From assembly GCA_943704425.1 (NCBI GenBank), contig CALSCP010000904.1:106897-170896 (forward strand): DNA of 64,000 bases, given 5' to 3'. Positions 29,479 through 44,044 of this stretch are shown in pieces; positions within the stretch are counted from its first letter, which is position 1, and every line of letters starts with the position of its first letter. The DNA is from Ministeria vibrans ATCC 50519 (lineage: Eukaryota; Protista; Filasterea). The notes beneath the pieces were generated by a model. That model had not been told where the DNA came from. It made no database searches and was given only the letters and a program-made list of their open reading frames with translations. Made by a program: the position numbers and the translations under genes.

Positions 29479-30694
29479 TCACAATTCGTCGTCGCGTGGC
29501 TCTTCATGGCCCGTCTGCTGCTGTTGTTGTTGTTGTCTCTGGAAGGCATAGTCGGCATCGGTGGCCCAGCAGGCGGCGGGTGAGCTCAATACAGCCGTGT
29601 ATTCGCACTTGTTGGGCTCGGCCACTGTACTCAGCTGCTGTGACTCACCACACTGAACTTTGACGACAATCGACCGGTCTGGTCCTCCCCAACACTTCTG
29701 CCCATGACGGAACTGCATTTCACCGTACCGCTCTGCTCCCTCGCCGTCTTCCTTCCACGAGCCCCATTTCCTAACATACATACACACGAGTTAGGTTCCA
29801 AACGCGCTCTTCTCTCTTGTTTCTTCCTCCTCTTTCTATTTGTTTCTCTCTCCCTATCGCGTTTTTCTCTCTCTATCACTTTCTTTCTTTCTTTTTTTTG
29901 CACACACTCTCTCCCTCCTCCCTCCTCTCTCGCTGCGTGTGTATGCGCAGCGTGTGCTTGGTGCTTGGTGACGTACCCGAGTGTCGTGCGTGATCCTCCC
30001 TTCTTGGACTCTTGCGTCACTTGATCAAACGGACACAGTCGGTATTTGTACTCGGACGTCACGTACTCAACACACTCGCCCTATAAACAAATAAACAAAC
30101 AAATAAATCACCCCACTTTGTTACTCTCTATCGTTTGATCACCTCCATTGGTTGGAACTCCTCATTTGGTCCATAGTCAACACGCAATTTAGCCTCAAGA
30201 TCGCTTGACACAAAAAAAGAGACAAAAGATGAGTTGACGGACTCTCTGTCTCTCTCCCTGACATACTTGATTGTGTTCTGCAGCTTAGTCACATCCGAAT
30301 TAGCGTTGGTCAGCGCATTCCGCGCCTCGTCGGCAGCTAAAACACACACATACAGTCAACATTGACACCACCAACACAAAGACGCACCTTTGATGAGTGT
30401 CTGCGTCTCCGGTGGATACTCTGGCATGGGTTCGTCGTCTGTGTCTCCCTTCCCATTATCCTCTTCATTCCCTACACATACGAAACGAATTTATTCTCTT
30501 CCTTTTTCGAGCCATTTCCCCATTTAATCACACATAATATATAGAAGATAAAAGATATAAAAATATACAATAATAATAACAGACACTCATAGATACAAAA
30601 CGTGTGTTTTTGTTTCGCTCACCCGAAAACCATCCAGAAAACACGTTACGAACCTTTGTCCACACTACAAATGCAACCATAAACACACAAACAA

Positions 30695-30726
<32 letters not shown>

Positions 30727-31946
30727 ACACACACACACACACATACACATACACACACACCAAAGACAAAAAATACTCATATCTAAACACCAATATACTA
30801 CATAACCCCATCATACAACGGAATAGACCACACCACACAACCTTGCTCACCATTCTCATCGTCCACTGGAGCATCTTGGTCATCCACTCCTTCCTGCTCC
30901 TGTGCGCGTGCCGCTGCCTCCGCATCGCGCGCCGCCTCCCGTGCCTCATCGCGCGCTGCCTTTCCTGCATTCCATGCGTCCTCGTGTTCCTTCTTAGCCC
31001 GCTGCTCAATTTCCTCCGCCTCGCGCTTCGCTTCCTCCGCCGTCGTCTGCGCCGTCTGCTTCTCCGCCAGCTCCGCTCGAACCGTCACCAGCTCGGCCTC
31101 TCGCTCGCCCTTCTTCGTCTTTCCTTGCAATGCCCACTCTTGTCGTGTCTTGTCGCCACTCAAGCGTCCCATACGCTCCTTGTGCGCCGCTCGCAGCTTC
31201 TCCTCACCGAGTTTGCGGCAAGTGTTCTCGCACACACCGTCCACTTCGTCCGACGCATCGCAACAATCGCACACACCATCGCCCACACGCGACGATGGAA
31301 TGTAGTAGCCCACGTGGTGGCGGTTCACACACCAGAACTGACCATTGGGACACGCACTCGTGCCAGGCTCGTCAGTCCCATCGGCACAGTCGCAAAAGTC
31401 ATCGTTCACCGACGACAGCGGAACCTCCACACTACACGGCCATCGTCAAGCGTCCGCCCCGCCACGAAAAGTAAGGACCCCCTCCTCCCCTCCTGCTTAC
31501 CTATTGCCGTCGCATCGAATGGGTCCTCCCGACACAAACACAGATGTTTCTACAGACGAACTATCAAAACGTTTTCTCTTTGGTATTTCAGCCCAAGAAA
31601 AACACACAGGGACAGCCTAACGTGGCCAGCGACAACCCTTCAAATGTCAACTGTGGCATGCATGCGCAACCGGTGCTTGCTTGTGCATATACAAGCGATA
31701 CAATCGGAAACGACGGAAACACGCACAAAAAAAAAAAAAAAAAAAAAAAAAAAAGGTGCCACATCAGACACATCCAGCAGACCAAGAGCACAGGCGGCAC
31801 ATGGAATCCACAGTGCGGAACGTACTATCAGGTTTGACGCCCAGCGGGAACCTGGGCTTTGCCGCAGACGTCTCTGCTGCGACTGGTAAAGCAACGGTGA
31901 TCGCAAACAGCGCAACCAGCACACCCACAAGCACTCGGCTGATCAT
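29479..31946 (-). CDS. PRKCSH: Glucosidase II beta subunit
   Basis: Signal peptide, [36 protein letters not shown] domain ([21 protein letters not shown]) and ER-retention-like DDEL*. Confidence 0.95.
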
Positions 31947-32214
31947 CGCCCCGTCTCTCTCTCTCTCCCTTTCTCTCGACTATTATAACAACACACAACA
32001 GGCGCCGCGCAGCCAGTGAGTGGGAACAAATTAAAAATGTGATTATTGTGAAGTGTGAACGATTGACGATTCAAAAGTTTGAATGATCAGTCAACTAGTC
32101 AATGTCTTCTTCTTCACTAATCACTTATTTCTGTCACTATCGCCAGTCACTAGTGACTACGCTTTCTTTTCTTGTCGTTGTTTTCCATCTTGTCTCAGTC
32201 TCCCATTCTCAGAG

Positions 32215-33599
32215 ATGGTAAAGAAGCAACCGGCTTGAAAAAACATTTTGGTTTGATCGATTTTCTTTTCTCTTCAGACAACTCGCTATGCTGACCGCCC
32301 CGAATGGAGCGACATTACACCTGTGCCGCAAGACGACGGGCCCGATCCCGTCGTACCCATTGCCTACTCAGACGACTGTATGTTTTTTGTGTATGTGGAC
32401 GAAACAACTCACAAATCGTTTGGGGGTTTCAGTTCGCGATGTAATGGACTACTTTCGTGGCGTTCTCGCGGCGAACGAGCGGAGCGAACGCGCCCTGGAG
32501 CTCACCAAGGATGTTATTTCTTACAATGCGGCGAACTACACTGCATGGTACGCGTGTGACGGTGCGGCGGAATGGCAAAACGACTGACAGCCGTGTTCTT
32601 CGCCTCCAGGCACTACCGAAGGCTACTTTTAGACGCGCTCAAGTCCGATCTGAACGAAGAGCTCGAGTACACCGAGGACGCGGCGAGAGACACGCCGAAA
32701 AACTACCAGATCTGGTTCCACAGACGCGCCATTGTCGACCGACTGCGCGATCCCTCGCGCGAACTCCAGTTCACCTTTGATATCTTACTTGAAGATGCCA
32801 AAAACTACCACGCATGGGGTCACAGGTGAGGCTGTGGCAACAAACGTACTTGGGAATTGGAATGCGTGCGCGCACACCTCTTTCCTTCCCGTTTTCTCCC
32901 TTACAATCTAACGACTTTTGCTTCCATAGACAGTGGGTGATTCGCGAGTTTTCGCTCTGGGACGACGAACTGGCATTTTGCGAGAAACTACTGAGCATGG
33001 ATGTGCGCAACAACTCGGCGTGGAACCAACGGTACTTTGTTGTGACCAACACGACGGGTTTCACCGACGAGGTGATTGCACGTGAGATTGCCTATACGGA
33101 AAAGCAAATTGCCATGGCGCCCAACAACGAGAGTGCGTGGAACTACCTGCGCGGACTGGTGCGCGCGCGTCGCTTCAGCGAATTCCCGCAAATCAAAGCA
33201 CTCTGTGTTGCGCTTGAGGAGCGACATATTGTGTCGCCACACGCACAGTCGCTCATGCTCGACATGCACGAGGAGGACATGCGTGCAGGCAACGCAGAAG
33301 CAAAGGCCCTTGCCTTGGCAGTAAGTTTCATGCAGAGAGAGGGAAAGAGGAGGGAGGAAGAAAGAAACAAAGCGATAGAGAAAGGAGGGAGAGAGGAGAG
33401 ACGAGAGAGAGAGAAGAGAACAGATAGGGGCGAGTAGAGAGGAGAGAAACGAAAGGGAAACGAGCGAAAGAGAAACGAGAGAAGAACAAAATGTCTCACA
33501 TTCTGCTGACTGTAGGTGTGTGAGCGACTGAGCACACTTGACTCAGTGCGCATTGCATACTGGCAACACCGTCACACCCTCATCCAATCTCACCAATGA
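32215..33599 (+). CDS. FNTA: Protein farnesyltransferase/geranylgeranyltransferase-I alpha subunit
   Basis: [49 protein letters not shown] and [10 protein letters not shown]. The first coding exon appears to be only the ATG. Confidence 0.95.
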
Positions 33600-33694
33600 T
33601 AACCCATAAAATTAAAAATAAACATAACCAGTCTCAAAAGAGAGTTGCAAAGAGAAGAAATGGATTCTCTTTTCGTTTTCTTTTTTTCTTGTTT

Positions 33695-35040
<1,346 letters not shown>

Positions 35041-35380
35041 TTGTGTGTGTGTGTGTATGTATATATGGGTGTAGGTGTATGTGTCAGTTCGAAGGAGGGC
35101 TTAGCCTTTCTTTCGAGGGATGAGTCGAATTTTTTTGACCATTTATAATTGTATTTTGGTGAATGATCATTCTTGGCAATTGACTCAAGTCAACAGACAA
35201 CGGATATTCACTTGGCAGGAGCGCTCATCGTAGAGTTGACTTCCCCTTAAGTGAGGTGCGGCATGATTGGCGCTGCGCGCACCGTTCGTGAGCGGCTCTT
35301 GCTCGCGCGGAATTGAGATGATCAATCAGTCGAGCGACAGTCGAACTGCGAAGCACTTCTTTTTTCTTTTTTTTTGTCTC

Positions 35381-36111
35381 ATGTCGAAGAAAAAGGGACA
35401 GACCGTGTCGGTATGTCAATAAGAGAGCCACAGCGCTGTTCATATCCGCGCGGTCTGCGTCTGCAGCTGTGCTCGTTGCGTCGTCTGTCGCTTTTTTTTT
35501 TCTCCTTTTGTGCCTTTTTGACATTTTTTTTTTTCCGTAGCTCCAAGACTTCCTTGGCGGCAGCGAGGGTGCGTCAGCATCGCCTGGATGGGGTGATGAG
35601 ATCTCGGCTCTGCCTGAGCGTAAGCAGATGACTGTGGTGTTGTCGCGTAGTGTGGTTTGCGGCTGTTCGGTCGACTTCGCAAACACGCGCTCACAAAAAC
35701 ATTTCTCGCTCCTCTTTGCTCTCTTCTAGCGTCCCACGGAGACTACCGCAGCGGTGGAGGCTACGACGACCGTGAGCGCAGTCGCGGCGGCGGCGGTGGC
35801 TACAGCGACCGTGAGCGCGGCGGCGGCGGCGGATACGGTGGCAGTGAGCGTGGTGGAGAGCGTGGCGGCTATGGCGACCGTGACCGCGCTGGTGGATACG
35901 GCGGCGACCGTGGTGGCTACTCCGACCGTGGCGGCGACCGTGGCGGCTACGGCGACCGTTCCGAGCGACGTGAACGCGCTCCCGTGCCAATGCCGACTGA
36001 GCCCCCCTTCACCTGCTACATTGGCAGCCTTTCGTACGACGTGTGCCGCGCCGACATCGAAGGGCTCTTCCCCCCGGAGAAGGTAAATCCCGACAAATAC
36101 CAAAGGAATCA

Positions 36112-36152
<41 letters not shown>

Positions 36153-36857
36153 GATTATATTAATTTTCATTATTATTGTTTGTGTTTTTAATTTGGACAG
36201 ATTGCGAATGTGCGCCTGCCACTGGACCCGCGTGCCAACCGCGGCAAGGGGTTTGGCTACGTTGAGTTTGTGGACCAGGAGTCGCTGACGAGAGCACTGG
36301 AGTTTGACGGTGAGGACTTTATGGGCCGACGACTGCGCATCGACATTGCGGAGGCACCGGCGAGCGGACGCGGCGGAGCGAGCGGCAGTGAGCGCAGCGA
36401 CAGTGACCGACAGTGGCGCACCAACGCAGCCCCGCCTCCGCGTGAGTCTCGCGCACCCACAGACCGTCGTGACCGTGGCAGCGACCGTGGTGACGACCGT
36501 GGCGGACGCGGTGGCTTTGGCGGTGGCTTCAGCGACCGCAGTGGCGGTGACCGTGGCGGTGACCGTGGTGGACGCGCCGAGCGGCCCCGTCTCAACCTGC
36601 AGCCCCGTACAGCTGCTCCAGCCACCTCCGACTCCTCCTCTGCGTCGGGCGGCAGCAAATCCAACCCGTTTGGTGCAGCGCGTCCCGTCGACACCACCAA
36701 GAAGATGGAGGAGATTGAGAAGCGCCTGCAGGCACAGCAGCTCAAGGACAAGGAGGCCAAGGACAAGCGCGACGCGGCGAAGGCCGTGGCGGACGCAGAC
36801 GCTCCTGCCACTGCCGACCCTGCTGCTTCCGCTGAGCAGACCCCAAAGGACAACTGA
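35381..36857 (+). CDS. EIF4B: Eukaryotic translation initiation factor 4B
   Basis: [34 protein letters not shown] with [12 protein letters not shown]-like repeats, [10 protein letters not shown] and [11 protein letters not shown]. Confidence 0.92.
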
Positions 36858-37089
36858 GAGAAATTGTAATGGCTCTCTCTCCCACTCACTCACTCTCTCT
36901 CTCTCTCACTCTCTCTCTTTCTCTCTCCCTTCTCTGTCTGTCTGTATGTGTTTCAAAATGATATTACAGACGCAAAATAAAATAATAAATACACTGAATG
37001 CTAAATTTCAATCCAAACTAGAAAAAAGGTTATCTTATTCATTTTATTAATAAACAAGAGAAAAAGAAAAAAGAGAAAAAAAATAGGAA

Positions 37090-37470
37090 TTACAAGAGAA
37101 TACCATTGGTATAATACTGAAAGTTATCATACAAAGAAGTGCGATAGGAAGCAATGCTCTGGTCGACCATGCGCTCGACGAGGGCGTGGATATGAGCCTC
37201 AGTCTGGCTCACGCCAAAGCGCTCCTTAAGCGCGCGCAGGGTGTCGGTGCCGCCCGAGGCAAAGCACGGCATGCGCGACCCCACTGCCATGATCTCAACA
37301 ACCGACACAATCTCCATTGAGTGTTTGCGTGCCGCAAGGAATCCCTGTGTGTTTGAGAGAATGTGTGAGTAAGAGAAAGCGAGACACGACAAAGAAAGTG
37401 TGCGTGTGTGAGTGTGTGTGCGTTCGTTACGTTGTGAGTAACTCGTAAGCACATTTCGAGTGAGACATGT

Positions 37471-37522
<52 letters not shown>

Positions 37523-40500
37523 ATCCACACCCATTATATTTGTTTGGTATCGTTTTTTTTATTTTTTTTACCTTGAGGAGAGACATTTTGAAGTAGCGAA
37601 AGAGATCCGAGTCCCTTCCATCCATAAGCTCGACAAACTCGGCGGTGAGCTTAAACGGGGCACTTTCAAAGTTGAGGTTGCGCGGGGAGGAGCTGAGGAA
37701 GAAGCCAAAGTCAATGTGGATGATGTGGCCGTCGGCGTCGAGGAGGATGTTGCCGTTGTGTCGGTCCTTGAGCTGCAGGAAGTAACAGACGAGCGAATAG
37801 GCTGCAAGCGACTCGACAAAGTTGCGCTGTGCGTCGGGAAGACCCTCTTCGCCAAAGTCGCCGACAAAGAACTCGCGGAGAGTCTTGGCACGCGACGTCT
37901 TCTTGATGGAGTGGATCGACATGGCGTTGGGGATGGTCTCGATGAGGCCGCCGTTGCACGAGGTGATGAGAATACGCACAGGCCGGAGCCAGAGCGACAG
38001 CTTTTCGCGCTGAAAAATGTCCTGGAACTTGGTGACGAGCTGCGTCGCCAGCTGCTCCTGTCGCAGGTCGTCGTCCACTTTAAGAATGCACGTCATTAGC
38101 CGCCAACCAGGTAGCTCGCCGTAGGGCGATGCTTGGCGCACGCGCTCTTCCTTGGCCACCCATGGCTCGCGGAACACCACTGCAGACGGGTCGTCGGCGT
38201 GCGGCCGGAAGTTGTCACTGGCCATCAAGTTTGCAGTCGCCGTCGAAATGGACGACTGGCCAAAGTCCTCCATGGATGTGGCATCGTCGGCAGTAGCAGC
38301 AGTAGCTTCAGCCGCAGCAGAAGTTGGCGTATTGTCAGTAGAGGCAGCATTGAATGTCGCTTCGATGTGGGGGGACGTCGCTACCGTCGCACATGCAGAG
38401 GGTGCCTCAGATAAACTGGGTGAGCGTGCAGAGGTGGCAGCAGAGGTACTGGAGGGCGAGCCGACAAGCGGCGTGGTGCTGGCCGAGTCGGAGAGACCAC
38501 GACGAACGTCGCCGGCCGAACGGGTGTAGACGGTGGTATCGGCAAGAGGGTCTTCGTCGTCGTCGAAAAGTAAGTCGTTGAAGAAGGGCCGCACATCGGT
38601 GACACGCGAGGCAGAAGGAGACGCCAGTGACTTATTGCTCTTGTTGGTGCTGGCCGAACGAACAGCGGAGGAAGGCGGTGATTTACTCTCGCTCGTGCTT
38701 GTGTTGCTGTGCGTAGAGGGCGTGTCATCGCCACTCTCGCCGTCAACACCTTCGACAATAGAGCTACGTGACGAGTCGGGCGAACCAATGCCAAACGAGA
38801 CGTTCTTGGTGGGCGCTGTTGCTGTTTTGGTTGTTGTAGTAGTAGTAGTAGTTGTTGTTGTTGTGGTGGTGGTTGTTGAGGCAGTGGGATTGTTTGCGTC
38901 TGCATGCAGATCGACGGCACGACGGAATTTGGTGTGCATGGGGGAGGCGGCGGGGGAGCGCGGAGGACGGTTTGCCTTGCGCTTGGGGACGGGAGAGGTG
39001 AGGAGGTTGTCACAGGCAACCACTTCAATATGGAGGAGACAGGGCACGCGCTCTTTAGAGTTGAGCGTGACGGCTTCCTCGGGAGGAATGCGCACAATGA
39101 AATGGTCTTCGCCGACGCCCGAGAGCGGTACAAAAAGACGGGCGGGCAAGGAGAGGTTGAGCAGAACTAGATCGCCGTGGAGTTGGGTGCGCCGCAGACA
39201 GGGCTCACGCTGGAGACTTAGCCGCGTTGCAATGTCCGACAGAGCCTGGACAAAGTTGCGGCAGCCAGCCAGCAGCTGGTGGTGGAGCGAGCCGGAGGCA
39301 ATGGCCGACGTCGCGGGGGACGACGTAAGGGGTGTGAAGAAGTCGCGCTGTTGGTTTATGCGAGCGTTGGCGGGCGCCGATTGGGGATTGGTGAGATCAA
39401 GAGGAGCGGGTGCGGGGCGACGCAGAGACTGGGATTTTCTCATGGGAGAACCAGGCGAGGCATGGTGCACACGCTTGTGGTTGTGGATGATGGAGTTGGG
39501 GTCGTGTTGAAGGAGTGTGGGCAGGGAAGAGGTGGAGCCGCTGCGGGGCGGTTGGTGAGGTTGATGCTGGGGCGAGGAAAAAGAGGACGACGACGATGGA
39601 GATGGGGCGGTACGGTTCCAAAGAGAGGCAAGTCGCATTGCAAAGGAGGGGGTGCGTTGCGGGGGGGTGACGCTGGTGGCGGTGTGATTGGGTGCAGCTG
39701 CGGGCTCGACCATGTGAATTTTGCGAGGGGGGTCACTTGCAGAATGTTCACGGACCAGAGCGGATGTATTTGAAGAGGGAGCCACGAGGGACGCTTCCAG
39801 AGAGGACTCTGCCTCATCAATGGGCCGAATCAATCGATTTGTTTCCGCCAACTCCAACAATTCCTCTTGCTGTTCGTGCTGTTGTGGCCCCTTTCCCCTG
39901 CCAGTGTTAGCCTTCGAAGTAGCATCTGCAGCATCGGCCTGCGCCTGTACAGGGGACTCACCAATGTAGGTAGAAGCGAGCAGCATGGCGCCGGGTGGCA
40001 TAACAGAGAAGGGCGAGCCAGACGTGTCCTCGGCATCGCCCGCGGCGGCCGCCGCCTCGACGGTAGTGCAAGCCCACGACGAGACTGGGGTCGCCTCCGA
40101 ACGCGAGCGTCGGTGTGTGGACGACGAGGAGCGTCCTGGCGAACGAGGCGACACAACAATAGAGTCTTCTTCGTCGACGGTCATGTTTGGCAACAGTGTG
40201 GATGAAGAGGATGACACGGTCACTTGCGATTCCCTGTCTATTCGGTCATCGCTAAGCGCTCGATCAATGGACATGCGAATGTTTGAACGACCTAGTGTGG
40301 CAGAGACAGCAGTGGGATCCATGAGAACCATATTTCGTAGTCGCATGCAACGCAATTGGTGTTGTCGTTGCTCTCGCTCGTGCACCGTGGGGTTCGCGAG
40401 CGCCTCAGCCGAGTAGAAGGGACCGTCAGCCATGTGGCCCTCTAATACCCAAGCAGTCTAAAACAAGACACAAAGAGAAGGAGAGAAAGATGAATGAATG

Positions 40501-41528
40501 AAGATTGTCAAAGCAACGCACACCACACACCCACACCCACACACACACGCACACACACACGCAAAGCACACACACACACTACACAGACACACACAGACAC
40601 ACACACATACACACCACACAGACACACACACATACACACCACACAGACACACACACACAAAGCACACACACACACACACCACACACACACACACACCACA
40701 CACACATATTTGTAACCTGGAGAGCAAAGCGCGGACAGTCGCGACTGCGCTGGCCAAGGAACCTTTCAATCGACTCGGAGGAGCCGGGTCTCATCACAAA
40801 GAGATTGACAAGCTCGGGCAAGTAGAACTCGACGTCTTTGACGGGTAGTTTCTGGAGGAGAGAGAATAGATCGACAAGGGAAAAAAAAAACGAGAGGGAT
40901 TGAAGGAGGAAAATGAGAATGAGATAGAGACGCTTGAAATATGAGCGCTGTGGTGGCAGATGGGCGAAAGGGATGTGGAATGGACGGCAAGAAACACACC
41001 AGGCGAGAGGTGGTGCGGAGAGGGGTGTGGGAGCAACGGAGGAGGGCGGATGAGCTGGGGCATTCGAACAAGCACAGTGTGCGACCGCAGTCGACGACGG
41101 TTCTCCCAAAGGGCGGTTAGATTCGTTACATATGAGACAAAGAGGACACGTACAGAATGTGTGCCAACGGTATGGGAGGAAAATGGGAAGGATAGGCTTG
41201 CTCGCTGGGCGACGGGGCAACGTTGAAAGGGGGACGGTTCACGGGATAAAAAAAGGCAAACGAGAACAAGAAGAAACCCCCCTCAAAAATGGGGTTTGAC
41301 GGGCAGGCAGCGGCCGCTTACAAAGAGCTCGTTGCACAGATAGTCTTGCACACCCTGATCAGAGTATTGGAAGAGGTAGCCGAGGGCCATGGACGCGTCG
41401 AAGAACTCACTCTTGAACAGTCGCAAAAGCCACGATGACTTTTCATCGACGGCTGCGGCGGCGTTCGCAGGTGTAGGCGACGCTGACGGCGACGATGCGT
41501 CGTCCTCGCGCGTCGGCGGTGTCGACAT
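37090..41528 (-). CDS. PI4KB: Phosphatidylinositol 4-kinase beta (Pik1)
   Basis: WLLRLFKSEFFD, FYLPELVNL, LNSKERVP, SPYG, DDLRQEQLA, KDRHNGNILL, HIDFGF, FESAPFKLT and YDNFQYYTNGIL. Confidence 0.96.
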
Positions 41529-41543
41529 TTGCAGAAAAAAAAC

Positions 41544-41790
41544 TTATTAGAATTTAAGAATGAAGAAGAATTAAGAATACAACCCATTTATTAATGATAC
41601 AGTCAGACACAGCCAGACCGCCTTGCAAACTCAACCGAAACTCTAGAGGTAACATGGGAGAACAGTGGCAGGTCATAGTGCTGTGTCGACGCTATCCAGT
41701 GAGGCAATCGCAATGGTACGCCATACCCCCAGTGGAGGCTTAGGGCTCTGACACCATGAAGGTGTCTGTCGGCAAGGTTATTAGAATTTA
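41544..41790 (-). mobile_element. 5'-truncated retroposed insertion (about 220 bp) with a 13-bp target-site duplication
   Basis: TTATTAGAATTTA occurs at 41544-41556 and 41778-41790. The insert is an ORF end followed by AATAAATGGGTTGTATTC and a TTC-rich tail. Confidence 0.7.
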
Positions 41791-41953
41791 GAATCAATTA
41801 ATTATCAATGAACAAAAGAAAAGCGACAACACAAACAGCTCAGAATCACTATACAAGCTACAGAAGGGTCGAGAGGATCAGAGGAAACAGAGACAGGTTA
41901 GCTGGTGGCCTTATTAGAAAATAATCAATAATAAAATTATATTATTTTTATTA

Positions 41954-41988
<35 letters not shown>

Positions 41989-42117
41989 GTAATAGAAAAC
42001 TGATAATTCTAAATTATTTTCAAATGAGAGCGACCCATCAGAGACGTCAGCGTCACAATCGCCGACTAGTAAGGGTCGAAGTGGCCCAGTAAGGTAGAGC
42101 GTCATGGAGGAATCGGC

Positions 42118-43750
42118 TTAGGAATATAGCCAATGGAGAACAGCGTCGGGAATATCGCCGGTGCTGTACAGCGTGATGTTGCGGATGGCGCTCTGTTCGG
42201 TGGGTCGGTGCAATGATAAATCATTTTGGATGTCGCCTTAGCCATCAATGAACCGAGAGTCGACCAGTGTTTGCCACCAAACGCATCCGAATTGAGAAAC
42301 AAAGCCACGCGGGTGTTCCATGGCATACGACAATAGTCACATCCATACGCGACGTAGACGTTGAGGAGCCTCGTGAGGGCCATGTCGTTGGTGCTGTGGT
42401 ACACCTGCTTCATGGCGGCCAGCACGCACAGCCCTTGCTCGTCATGGTCACTCAGGGCCGTGCCGTTGGGCTCACTCGCACCTCTCATATGAAAGCAGTG
42501 AAGCTGGAACATACATGCAATCCCAACCAAAACATCAGGCGACACCTCGTTAGAGTAGCAAACACCACGAATAATGGTTTTGGATTCAGGTGCGTGATGT
42601 TTTGAGGTGGCGGCGAAAGTGGCGGCGGAAGCGTTCTGTGATGCAATCAGAGGTTGTACGCGCCATAGGCGTCACGCAAAGTAGCAGCCGTTCCCTTGAT
42701 CACGTCGCCGAGGATACGCACGGACAGACAACAGGCCTTGACGGTCAAATCTCGGCAAATGCGAGAGGACGTGCGGTCGGCGTGTGAGTGCTCATCGGCG
42801 TCGTCAGCAGTGTCAACCGCATGTTGCACACTGTCAGTGTAATTACGATAAGCAAACTCGTGCAATGGTTGTGGGTTCCAGCGCACGAGTGTATAGCGGT
42901 CTGGTGTGGTAGTGTCGTTGTTATCGTACAGAAGAGCGCAGTTCATAGGTCGCAAATCAGCCCCTTTTGCTAAGCGGAAGCAGAAGAAGCCTGTGCGCTT
43001 CATGGGCCCGTCTTCTTTCACGACGTTGCGCGTCGACAATCCCGTTGAGCTGTTGTAGAAGAAGGGTGAGTGAAGGTGCTCGGCTGGGTCGTAGTCAGGG
43101 TCAGGCGGAAGAGACTCCGCTGGACACCATGTGACTCGTTTGTCCTCGTGCAAGGGAGCGCTGTACGGTTCTTGCACAGTGGGGTGCGATGCGAATAGGG
43201 ACATGCCGCGAGGCGTTTCGATGGAGTACTTCGTCGGTCGTTGGCTGGGAATTCTGTGGACGCGGTTCTCGAGAACAAACGCCGTCGTGTCCCAAGAGCC
43301 CTCGGCTTCCGCGCCACAGAAACTGAAACATCGTATCTCCGAATCATCGGATTGACTTCGTTTGGTGTGACGGCGCGATACAAGTCGCATGGGACCTGCA
43401 CAAACACCTCGTATGCACACACGATGCGCAACCGGTCTAAGTGCTCGTCGGGGGATGCCTCAAACCAAAACCAGGCAGCATCGGGTTCATCACGAGCGGC
43501 ACAGTAGAACAGAGTTGCATGAGCGTGATGTGTCAGAGGTATATCGCGAATGAGAGTCGCCGCTTGGTCTGTCTCGACGGACGACGATACTACCTCGGCA
43601 GTGGAAAGGCATACCAGTACCAGTACGTTTCGGATCACGTTTTCTGCTGAGAAAGTTGTGAAGTAGTTTGTCGAACAGACTAACACAAACAATAGCCTGA
43701 CTCCGAACAGATGACCAATGTTAGATGCCGCCCACGCCACATACGCCCAA
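42118..43750 (-). pseudogene. Frameshifted orphan gene with a Tse2-like ADP-ribosyltransferase domain
   Basis: VPCDLYR (frame 1), then PRGMSLF...FRLAKGADL...ALLYDN...DRYTL...PLHEF (frame 2), in the Tse2-family motif order as recalled. Consecutive overlapping frames are each shifted -1. Boundaries are approximate. Confidence 0.5.
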
Positions 43751-43863
43751 CCCCACAAATAAACACACACATACATCCTCCGAACACCATTGAGGCGTAC
43801 GGCACGCGGAAAAGAGACGGCGAGCGACCGCTTTTTTCCTACCCACGCAGACCTCCACAAAGG

Positions 43864-43920
<57 letters not shown>

Positions 43921-44044
43921 TACATACATACATACAACTTGGACGTACGCGAAGAGCCGTAAGCAATTCAAGGAAAAAATTAAAATGATCTATGATGTAA
44001 TCGATCAGTTTTAGAACGAACTCAGAATTCAGAAATTTTTCAAC

